64,000 nt of DNA from the human T2T-CHM13v2.0 reference genome, Homo sapiens. The notes under the pieces are model-generated. The model was not told the DNA's origin. It did not search any database and worked only from the letters and a program-made list of their open reading frames with translations. This document shows positions 1-9,899 of this stretch, in pieces; the first letter of the stretch is position 1; the number at the start of each line of letters is the position of its first letter. The position numbers were made by a program, and so were the translations under genes. Where the stretch lies: assembly GCF_009914755.1 (NCBI RefSeq), contig NC_060947.1, one strand, 5' to 3'.

Positions 1-539
1 GAAAATTACTTTCAGAAACATTATTTTACATGAAAGCATCCTATTCTATTGTACTAGCTAGCTACGCTGTATTTTATTTGTCTAATCCTTTGTTGTTGGT
101 CATTCAGGATGTTCCTAACTTCCATCCTTAAAATATTGAAATGAGCATCTTTATGCATTTTTTTTAACTGGGGCTTTCTGTTCATGTAGTTTTTATGGTT
201 TTTCTTGACCACTTGTGTGGACTCAACATACTAAAAATGACCCTGTGTCTGTAATGCTTATAGCAAAGTGTTTTCCAGTTGTTTGCTTGAGCATAAATTC
301 TTTATTTTAGCATTCTAGCACAAGTATAAAATCATATACCTTATGTAAGTTTCAATTCATTCAACAAACATTTAAAGCAATAAAGACACAAATAAAGGCA
401 TTCCCATTACACTCCTATGAAAACACAACTCATCCTCCCACCCCATCCCATAGCAACCCCTTTCTTCTTTGCTTAGGGCCCACTTTCCTCCTGATCTTTT
501 CATTGATTCGTCTTGTAATACTTACCACATGTTTTGCTA

Positions 540-636
540 TGAAGATGAGTGGCTCCCAGACCTTTCAGTTATCAATCTGTCACAAGTGCACACTGGTATC
601 TCGTGACATGATGATCCCCGAGATGTCTGAGATCTG
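540..636 (-). ncRNA. MIR542: pre-miR-542 hairpin (5p at 599-621, 3p at 563-584)
   Basis: Reverse complement contains UCGGGGAUCAUCAUGUCACGAGA and UGUGACAGAUUGAUAACUGAAA, recognised as miR-542-5p and -3p, in a fold-back. Confidence 0.97.
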
Positions 637-733
637 TGCATCCTTGACCGATCCCAAATTTCTGTATCACCCATGACCCCTAAAGACTTTTTAGAGAATT
701 ATATTTTGACAACATAACAAGAAAACGTGGCAT

Positions 734-735
<2 letters not shown>

Positions 736-771
<36 letters not shown>
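736..771. repeat. (CA)n microsatellite, ~18 units
   Basis: Direct reading. Confidence 0.97.
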
Positions 772-772
<1 letters not shown>

Positions 773-3700
773 CCATGAAAAAGTAGAGAAAGAAGAAACT
801 TCAGCTCTAATCCCACCACCCTTAAGTAACAAGTATGTCTGTTTTGCAGGTTTCCTCCAGGTTCTGCTCCTATTTTTCAATCATGGTGTCCATGTGATTT
901 TGTGGCCCTGATTTTTTTTAAGTTGATATCATAAGCATTTTCCAGGTTTCTGTATATTCTCTATCATTATTATTTGCAATGGCTGAAAAAGGTTCCATTG
1001 AGTGAGTGACTAGATTAAGTCAACCCCTATAGCTTGACACTTCATTTGTTTCCTTAAGATAATTTGATTGAATCTACAGAAAATAACAAACATGGGACAG
1101 AGGTTTAAAATGAATTTAAATCATGCTTTTTTGGTTTGTGCAGATTGACTTGTACACGGCTGGGTAACTTATAGTCACTATTTAGTAATCCTGGGGCCAA
1201 TCTTGGGCCTCACCCAGGAAGTGTCCAATGTATAGGCCAAAGCTCATCATAAGACTAGCCAGTTTCACCGGGAATTTTTGTAACCAAACACATTCACCTC
1301 CATTTCCTGCTCTGGTCACTACTGCATAGTCGGTTCTGATGAACAGGTAATGACATAAGGAACACAGTATGAGGCCTGGAGGAAGAGCCCCCAGAGAGTA
1401 GCCTCAGACAAATCCTTAACCTCCAGAGGCCCCAGTTTTCTTGTCTGTAATTATTTTTTGGACTGCCTTAACTCTGTTTGTCTTTCAAGGTTGTCACAAA
1501 TTAAAAAAAGAAAAAAAAGAAAAAACAAAGTATTTGGAAAAGTATGTAAACACACGATACAAAGGCAAGATGTTGGGATACTGATGATTCTGTGGCCACG
1601 CCTTTAGAAGGTCTGGTCTTAGGGTAATAGTCTTGTCTGGATGGCAGGTGGGGGTGGACATGGGGGAACAGGTGAGGGAGCTGCCTTGGGAGACTCAGGC
1701 TTCAAAGCAACCCAGACTCTCACTGGCAGGTTGCTGCAGTGTTCTGAGCTCCCTGACTCCAGCAGTGGAGCCAAGGCCATGTTTCCAAACACCCACCAAC
1801 TGCTCAGATTATAGAGCTCAGTAGTGGAAGGGGGAGTGCTCAAAGGCCCAAGCAACCACAGGAAGTGGAAGTCTTTCGGGGCTCCTCCCTCTTGGCTCAA
1901 TTTACTATCCCCACAGGGGTTTTAAGCCTGGCTGAACTTGCCAAAGAGATCAGCTGTGGAGCTGGGGAGGAGGGAAAAGGTGGCAGATAGGTGAAATATT
2001 ATGAAAGAGCTAGCCGATCCTTGTTTATTCACTGAGGAGTAACTAATGGGTGGGCCTGAGTGGGATGTAGGGGGGCAGGGAGATACACGTTTGCTACACT
2101 TGATGTATATATACTCTTTTTTGCTTAAGAGTCATGTAATAACTCTAAATACAAATGCATATATAAAATTCTAGGGTTATGAGATTAAGTCATACTGCAG
2201 GCCAATGGGAAAAAAGATCTCTAAAAACATATGCCAACTTGCATATAGCCAGACTCAAGTCTTTTAACTTCTATCGATAAACTCATTGATCTTCCCCAAA
2301 CATATTTTTTGAACCTAGTTTTATTTTCATCTTACACAGCCTCAGGAAAGCTGCCTATAACTCCCATCTCATAGGCTCAGGTTTTCTGCAAATGTTGCCC
2401 TGAGCTCTATAGCAGTCCAGGATTCAGGGAACGAACCCAGTCCCCCGCTGCCCCATTTGCCTTGATGAGTTGATAGGTATGGTGTTTTAAAACAATCAGC
2501 AAAACAATTTGCACTGCAGAGTCCTTAGGAGTTTTTTTTTTAATTGGACAGTTGCCCATATTAACGGAAATCAAAAGCAGCATACAGTCATTCAATGTCC
2601 CAGCACTGGAGTACAGCCCACTGTTTTCCTGTGTGGGGTTCCACTTTAGTTCTTGTCTGTGTGCATGCATACATTTTTACAGAGTTGTGACCACTGCCTT
2701 TTTCTGTGACCCTGGTTATTGACATCTAGTTTTCCAAGTAACATTGACACACATCTGTTCAAATCAGTTGAGGTTCCCATCATGACTGACTCATTTGGCG
2801 GGAAAACCAAATTTACATGCCAATTGGAACAAAGAAGTGTGGGTATGGGGGAACAGCGGGGGGAAAGAAATGGTGGGAGAGGATTCCTTGGACTTACAGA
2901 TCATAAAACATTTCCCAATAACATTTTTAAAGGATGTATAATATTACACTGAGTGATTGATTATATATTACCCTTCTATTTGGGACACTTGGGTGGTTTT
3001 CAATGCCTAGAGTTTTAAAATGCATATAAATTACAGCCTTTGAGAGATGATTGTATTTTCTTGAAACAGGAGTCTTCTGTGTCCAGGTCCCCGCCAACAG
3101 TGTTGATGTAGTGTTCCTTTGTTGGGGGGAAAAAAAATCAGTACTGCTAACTGGAGATGCTGGATGCCTTCAAGAAAAACATTCCTGTGATTTAAATTTT
3201 TAAAAAATTATGTTCAATTCTGGTTTATCAAACAACCTGGGTATCTTGTCTCACAACTTACCGAAATGTCGAATTTTAGATTTAGAGTTAGACTAAGCTC
3301 TTCCTAGTTTAAGGGCCACGTCTGTCTAATAAACTTTATACAATGCCACGTGCACGCAGCTTCCTCACTAACAAATAACATGTGTTGGGGAAAAAATGAG
3401 AAAATAGTGGAAAGGTGCCTCCTTGGAGGTGGTAACATCGGGTCAATTAATCAGCTGAGTATAAATTGATTCACTTTATACAAGTCTCCCACACATTATG
3501 ATGCACATTTAGCAACGCTGAAAAACAATTTAAAAGAATACCTTAGGGAGTTGTTAAAGAGAATTTATAGTCTGGAACGAATTGCAATCTTCTTAATTGA
3601 CACAGAAATGTTTGGCTAAAATATTGCTTTATTCACATTTTTGTCCTTGGAGGAAAATCTAGGCACACTGCAACTTGGATCGTGTAAATAAAGGTACAAG

Positions 3701-3823
3701 GAATGTTTTAAGTCAGAAAAGGGCATCACGCAGTCAGGGGGCTGTGTGGACGAGCTCAATTTCGATGCATCTCGGGAGACCCGGGCAAAAGGCCGCTTGG
3801 ATTCCGGGAGGCAACGCCCCCAA

Positions 3824-3884
3824 GTCAGGATCCCTTGCTCGCCGCCCCCAACCGGTCAGGATCCCTGGCTCGCGTCCCCAACCG
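3824..3884. repeat. Tandem duplication of a ~30-bp unit (GTCAGGATCCCT.GCTCGC...CCCCAACCG x2)
   Basis: Two adjacent near-identical copies at 3824-3854 and 3855-3884. Confidence 0.85.
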
Positions 3885-5515
3885 GTTCCGTGTCTCACCT
3901 GGGTCCTGCAGGCGTCCACTGGAGGAAGCCGGATGGCGCGGGCTTGGTCTTTCAGGAAGGCTGGCTGGCACCGGGCTTCCTTCTGGCTCCAGGGGGAACC
4001 GTACAGAACGGGGAGAAAGGGGGAAGCTGGTGAGAGGCAGAAGGGGCGTCACAAGGTGGCTCTCCCACCCCCAAGTGCAAAGGCAGGCGGATGCGGGGAC
4101 CTGTTCGCCGTTTGAGCCTGGAGATTGCGGGCCTGAGGGGCCCTGCGCTGGCCGGCCGGGGCGAGGCGGGAGCAGAATGGGGATTTCTAGGCCGCCGGGT
4201 CGGGCTGGTGGGCGGCGCCCCGGGAGCCTGAGGGTCCCCGCCGGCCCGGGAGGGACCCGAGCCGCCCCCGCGCACTGCCCCGGCGCAAGGGAGTCTGGGA
4301 GAGCCAGCGTCTCGGGCCGCTGAACCCGACTCCCAGCTCTAGACTTCGGAACCCCGGCCCCACCCCAAACTGGGAAACTTCTAGGGGCCCACTCCTGGCC
4401 CCGGGAAGCCCAGTTCCAGGCAGCCCATTCAGACCAGAGGAGTTTGGGTGTCTTTTTTTTTTTTTCTTTAAGGTGACAAAAAGTGTGGGAAAGATTCCAC
4501 ACCTCCCTCCCCACGCCCGCCAATGGTCCTTTACCTGTCCATGTTTCAGATTAAATAATTAGCTCAAGAGATTTGCACAGAAAGCGAATTAGCCCTTTTC
4601 TAGTCAGACTGTTAAGCTCTCAGGCGGGCAACTCGGAACCCCGTTTCCTCACCGAAGGCTCAGGAGGCCAGCCCAGTGAGGGATGGAGGTGGCTTTAGAG
4701 GGCGACAGTTGTGCAGCACTCATGAGCAACAGTGCCCAGGACTTTTGAAGTCACGAAGGGCTCCTGAAACCGACAGCTCAGGTCCCGCCCCTGGGGCGAC
4801 AAAGGAGTCTTGGGGGCGTGCCGCCGGGGTGGAATTGTGGTAGCAGATTTTTGGGGGAGGAGGGCGCAAAGCAGCTAGAAACGCACATCCTCATTCTGGA
4901 ACTATCCCAAGGCCCCCATGCTTCTCAGCAGGCCTCGGGCTCAGATTGGGCGGGTTGGAGCCTTCCACCCCACCTTGGGTTCACCCGCCCGCAAGGCCTC
5001 GCGCCTCACCCGATCCTTCTAGAGTGCTGGAGCTCCACGGAGCCTCCCTAACCCCCCAGCAGCGGGGAAGGGAGGGCGAGGGAGTGGGGAAGAGGCCCGT
5101 TATTTTGATCTTTCCTGAATTCTTAAGTCCCTTCCATACCCAGGACATGAGCGCGTTTACCAGGAACCGCAGAGAGGTGTAAAGACTTCTTGCAGCTGCT
5201 CACCCTTCCTCTCCCCTTACTCCTTTTCCAGTCCTCCCCACCCCCCAGCATTTCGTGGGTGGGGACTGAAGATAGGTTTTCTTCGTTGTCCTGTGGGTGG
5301 TATTCTGATTGGGAAGGGATTTTTTTCAATTGTTTACATTCTACCTGAGCAGGGAAAGGGGGTGCCAAAATGAAGCATCATTCACGTCCAGTCACATATG
5401 CAGAGACGGGGCAAACGTTTGATGCAATCTTGGGTCTCGCTGCTCCCGGGGCCGACACCGCAGGCGATGGCCTAAGACTTACCTGCTGGGTAGGCCCGAA
5501 CGGCAGTCCCAGACT

Positions 5516-5586
5516 TACCCTGGCAGCGGAAACAATACCCCAGAGCACCGATCGCTCACTGCAGAACTGTTCCCGCTGCTAGGGCA
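5516..5586 (-). ncRNA. MIR503: pre-miR-503 hairpin (5p at 5559-5581)
   Basis: Reverse complement UGCCCUAGCAGCGGGAACAGUUCUGCAG...CCGCUGCCAGGGUA; miR-15/16-like AGCAGC seed. Confidence 0.98.
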
Positions 5587-5801
5587 CGGCTGAGCGCGGG
5601 CACCGCGTCTCTCCTCGACTCGCACCGCCTATGCGCCCCAGCCTAGCCAGGAATACTGCCCTCCCCGGACTACAGCCCTGCTGCGTGGACAAGGGCGAGG
5701 ACCCACCGGAAACAGAGACGCGAGCCCCCGCCCACCTACCTGCTCCTGAGCCGGCCTCGCGGGGAGCGGGCACCTGGTGGCAGGAACACGCGTCCGGCAG
5801 A

Positions 5802-5899
5802 CCCCACCTTCTACCTTCCCCACGAGGGGGTATAGCAGCGCCTCACGTTTTGAACCATTTAGAACACTTCAAAACATGAATTGCTGCTGTATCCCCTCG
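5802..5899 (-). ncRNA. MIR424: pre-miR-424 hairpin (5p at 5868-5889, 3p at 5832-5852)
   Basis: Reverse complement contains CAGCAGCAAUUCAUGUUUUGAA and CAAAACGUGAGGCGCUGCUAU. Confidence 0.98.
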
Positions 5900-6316
5900 G
5901 AGTCAATGAAGGGGGATCGATCTGGGGGTACCTGCGGGTGAATAAAGACTGGATGACTGAAGGAAGCCCCGCCCCACCCCCTGGCAAGGAATAGGGCAAA
6001 ACTTATGACTAGGCCACTTCACTCCAAGTTAAGGTACTTCTTATAACTTCACCATTTGATTTCCAGGAGCTGCAGGTGGAGCCGAAAGTGTGGCTCTCAA
6101 TTTTTTCCCCTGAGGATGAATCTTGGAACAACGTAGTGGGTGAAAAGCAGAGCGATGGGGGATACGAATTAGTGTGGAAGAGAATCTAATTACTTCTGAA
6201 GGTAGACGAATAAGGTTAAGTAGAGGCAATTGGACATCTGGATCATTCTTGCCAGTTTCAAAGTCTTGGTGAAACTTCTTCCTGCTGCATATTACAAGTC
6301 TCATTCATTGTCCCCA

Positions 6317-6358
6317 TTAAAAAAAAACAAAAAACGAAACAAAAAAACAACCTTTATT
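6317..6358 (-). terminator. Candidate polyadenylation signal with downstream U/GU-rich tract
   Basis: Minus strand AATAAA (6358-6353) followed by GGTTGTTTTTTTGTTTCGTTTTTTGTTTTTTTTT. Confidence 0.45.
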
Positions 6359-8395
6359 GGAAATGGACTCAGATGACTGAAAGAAAATAACCAAAACCTC
6401 ACCGGTAGCTTCAGCTGATTCTTACACTATCGTTGCGACATATACATCTATCTTTAAAAGCATTAGATGTCCTAACTCACTGCTAGTGTTTTTATTCTTA
6501 AACACCCCAGCTGAGTTATTTTAAAGAGCTCCAAACAATGACAGAGAACTTTCTGTAGATGAAATACCAGTTTACATATTAAACTGGTTACTCAAACTTA
6601 TTTATAATTTATACCTATCAATGTCATCTATCAAAACATAAATCAAAAAGTTTAAATACTTGATGTCAAGTCGCTCCTTCCTGTTTCAAGCAGCTCCACA
6701 GAAACTTTCATGTCCTGAAATGGCCGGCACTGCGCATACTCCTTAATGATTAACTCATTAGATACCACTTTTTCCTTTTTAAAATGGACACATATTAGCA
6801 ACAAGTCACATGCATGCCCTCTTTTTGTTTGAATACAATATTCAATTAAGCATTAAAAAAAAAACCCACTCTGAAATCCTCAATCACAAACCTAAAAGTT
6901 AAAACAACAAAATCAGCACTAACTGTAATGGTTTTGAAAGTTAAATACATTTCAGCACAAGTAATAGACATTTAAATTATCCAACTGTAAGTATCTTGTT
7001 ACACTTACAAATTAAGTCGGTTTTTCAAAACCAGTACAATGAATGTTAAGTGTCCTATTTATTAGTTAATAAAATGTGCAGAGTATTTAATAAGATTAAG
7101 TATCGAATTTATAACATCCAGACTGAGATCCAGTGGTAACAAATACACTATGTCATGGTAAAAAAAAAAAGTCATTAGTAACAATAACCCCATTCCCTAA
7201 ATTGCGACAATCAAGTATCTCTACATTCCATCTTGTTTTGGCAATGATATTTACAAACAACTTTTACACTGACTTTGGGATTAATGGAGAAAAATGTCGT
7301 TGACTGCCCTTAAAAAGAAAAAAAAAACATGTTTAGCAAATGTACAATTATCATGTAAAACTCCACAACTTTCTCCCAACATTTTGTTCCACACAAATAT
7401 ACGAGCCATCATGTCAGAAGTTAAAGTCATGCCTAATTTAACATTTCCTTAGTTGACTACTTAGAAAAACAAAAGTTCATTCGAAACAGCATCGGTGTCA
7501 AAGGCGAAGGTCCCTTCCAGATTGCTCTTGGAATCAAATTCATTTATACCTTTCACCCTAACCCCTTTCATCTCTCCCAGTGATAGTACAACGAGTTACA
7601 CCCCTAAAAAGCCACCTCGATCCCCTAGTTTACATATTTCCCCTTAGACTGAAATTTACTTACGAAAAGAGATTACAAAGGGGCGTCTTGTCACTTCAGG
7701 AGAGGGTCATTCACTGATACAATAGACAAAGAATCGATACTTTCGAGTTGCCATAGCCCCACCCCCTTCTGAACTGCAATGTGTTTGGCTAAATGATTTA
7801 AGAGCCAAAGAATACGCCTCTTCCTCTGTTCATACTCTACAACGTTTTGTCTTTTAATTTTGCATATGCCTTCGTCCCCCACACCCCAAACACACGATGT
7901 ACCTTCTCTCGGCGCATTCTAGCCAAACTTCCACAATGTCAAGTCCCTACGGGGAAAACTAAACAACCTTTAAAGTTTTAATTCGGGAGAGACAATGTGA
8001 AATTAATCACACATTTCTTTCCAAGACATAACTAACTTCTTGCAAATAAGAGGAAAAGTTCATTTACATTCTGTCAAAACCAGTCGCTCCCGACCCTAGC
8101 GAGGCTGACAGTCGGTCACTGCCCCTTACTCAGTTTTCTCTCCCCGCCCCTCCATGTTAGTTGTTGTTTTTTTTTTCCCAGTCCGTTTCCTGAGAATTTC
8201 CCGGCCGCACTCATTTGTTAAACACTTTAAATGTCAGATTTGCCCCCATCCCGCCCGCAAAACGTGCTTTACAACCCCCCCAAACGCCACAGCACTTTTT
8301 TCAGAATTATCACCAGATGTTTTTCTGCCTGCCGTAACCCACGTTACAGTCGGGAAAGACGCCAGCCACCAAGTCCCTTTTTAAAAAATCGCATG

Positions 8396-8452
8396 TCACC
8401 TCTGGCTCCACTCGAAAATGGCGCCGAAATCGAAGAACTTCTTAAATTTCAT
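8396..8452 (-). CDS. Candidate 18-aa micropeptide MKFKKFFDFGAIFEWSQR in the 5' part of the miR-424/503 primary transcript
   Basis: ATG at 8452 (GCAATGA, purine at -3) to TGA at 8398-8396. No other minus-strand ATG between 8453 and ~9330. Translation is not shown. Confidence 0.4.
   Translation of the reverse strand: MKFKKFFDFGAIFEWSQR
8415..8426 (+). promoter_or_regulatory. YY1-type motif AAAATGGCGCCG
   Basis: Matches the YY1 consensus AANATGGCG, typically found just downstream of CpG-island TSSs. Confidence 0.55.
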
Positions 8453-9589
8453 TGCAAGCTTTTTGCAAAGGTTTCTGGGATTTGCCTGCGAAGCTGTTTC
8501 GCCGCGTCCGAGAGCGAGCGAACGTGCAAGCCAGCGAGGGAGACAGGGAGGAAGGAAGGGCTGGGGAGGCGGAGAGACAGACCGAGCGAGCGACACACGG
8601 ACAGCGACGGACAGCGACAGAAGCGGGGCCCGGGACTTGGGAGACGGCGAGGTTGCGGGGCGCGAGGTGCTGGGCACGGAGCTACAGGGACGGAGAGCCG
8701 AGAGCCGGGGTCGCAGCGTGGAGGGGGCGCTGGCTGCTGCCGAAGCTGGGAGAGCGGCGTGGCGGAGGCGGAGCGGAGCCGAGCGAGGGGCCAGCACGGA
8801 ACGCTCCCTTGGAGGCGAGCGGCGCAGCCGGCGGAGAGGCTCCCGGAGCCGCCCTAGAAAAAGCCGGCTCGGGGGGCGTGGCCACGCGCTGTGGCGCTCC
8901 CCGCCCCCCGGTGGCCCCGCTCGGCTCCGGGGCCCGGGGGCGGAAGGGGGGAGGGGAGGAGAGGAGCTGTAGGGAAGGGGGTTGTGCAGGCGCTCGACGC
9001 CGCAGCCTTGGCCCGCTGCGGGGGAGGGCCGAGAAGGGCACTGGGCGCCCAGAGTAACCAACACCGAGACGAATAGCGAGGGCTCGGGGAGAAAAAACGG
9101 AGGATGGCAAACGGCAAAGCCAAGGGCACGAGGTAGCGCAGCGCGCACCCAGAGGCTCCTGGGACGGACACCACCCCACGCTCACGGGTCCTCTGGCGGT
9201 GTCCTTTGAGCTGCCGGGACGGCGCAAGGTGGCTGAGCGAAGCTTTTTGCTCGGTGCTTACAGGGAGTACCTGAGATGGTTTGGGAAAGGAAACAGGGGG
9301 TCTCAGACCGCTTGGGTGCAGCGCTCTCCCCATGCGTTTGAGTGCAGATCTGTCGAGACGCCCCAGCCCTCGCCACCCCACCAAGCTCTCAGGTAGAGAG
9401 GCCCCGGGACAGGGTGAGCCCCATAGTCCTTTGGTGGGCATAACACAGAGGGAGGAGCAATTGTTTACACATGTGCCCAGTACAAGAAGGGAAACTGATA
9501 TTTAAGACTGAAGTGGGGAAACGGGAGGGAAAGGAGCCCTTATCCTGGATGTTAGACGCTATTAAGGACCATGCTATTTTGTATTTGTG

Positions 9590-9870
9590 AGAATGATATT
9601 GAAGGTAAGGAGGTCCTTATCCTTGAAGATGCATGCTGAAGTGTACAGAAGTGAAATGTCACGATGTCTGCAGTTTTCAAATGATGCAGCTAACATACGC
9701 ACACATTATGAGAGAGAGAACAGAAAGGAAGCAAGTATTGCAATATGTTAACAGTTGTTGCATCCTGTTGGGGGTGGGGGGTAAACAGACGTTCGTTGTA
9801 CCGTTCTTTCAACTTGCCTAAATATTTGCAAAATGCCATAATGAAAATTTTGGAAGAGTTCCCTTATAAA
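9590..9870 (+). mobile_element. Old L1M (L1MC-like) 3' fragment
   Basis: Resembles ancient L1 3'UTR (aaatgtcacgatgtctgca...gttcgttgtaccgttctttcaact...cataatgaaaattttggaa). Confidence 0.5.
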
Positions 9871-9899
9871 ATAGTGCCTGAATGCTAAGAAAATGAACG

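Larger units (their letters stand above)
2320..5900 (-). ncRNA. MIR503HG: MIR503 host gene lncRNA (H19X), spliced; candidate exons: first exon ending 5519 or 5483, 5344-5204, 3982-3899, terminal exon from 3184 downward
   Basis: Hosts miR-503/424. Minus-strand donors AGG|GTAAGT (5518), CAG|GTAAGT (5482), AGG|GTGAGC (5203), CAG|GTGAGA (3898). Acceptors at 5345, 3983, 3185. AATAAA at 2320-2325. Exon usage and transcript ends are inferred. Confidence 0.75.
3700..5950. promoter_or_regulatory. CpG island(s) over MIR503HG / miR-424-503
   Basis: High GC, dense CpG, GC boxes (e.g. CCCGCCCC ~5968). Confidence 0.8.
8300..9420. promoter_or_regulatory. CpG-island bidirectional promoter (MIR503HG long form leftward, lncRNA rightward)
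   Basis: Very high GC and CpG; GC boxes and G-runs at 8870-8980; YY1 motif on the left flank, plus-strand splice donors on the right flank (9393, 9414). Confidence 0.75.

Noticed and set aside
1-539. miR-450a/b hairpins expected near miR-542
   Set aside because: No UUUUGCGAUG/UUUUGCAAUA-type mature sequence seen; they probably lie just outside the window.
3675-4523. Several overlapping 95-232 aa ORFs
   Set aside because: CpG-island artefacts: Arg/Gly/Pro/Ala-rich, open in many frames on both strands, no recognisable domain.
8231-9441. Long ORFs (181-250 aa) on both strands, including 8418-8972 (+)
   Set aside because: Stop-codon depletion in GC-rich DNA; only the ATG-initiated 18-codon end of the minus frame was kept as a candidate.
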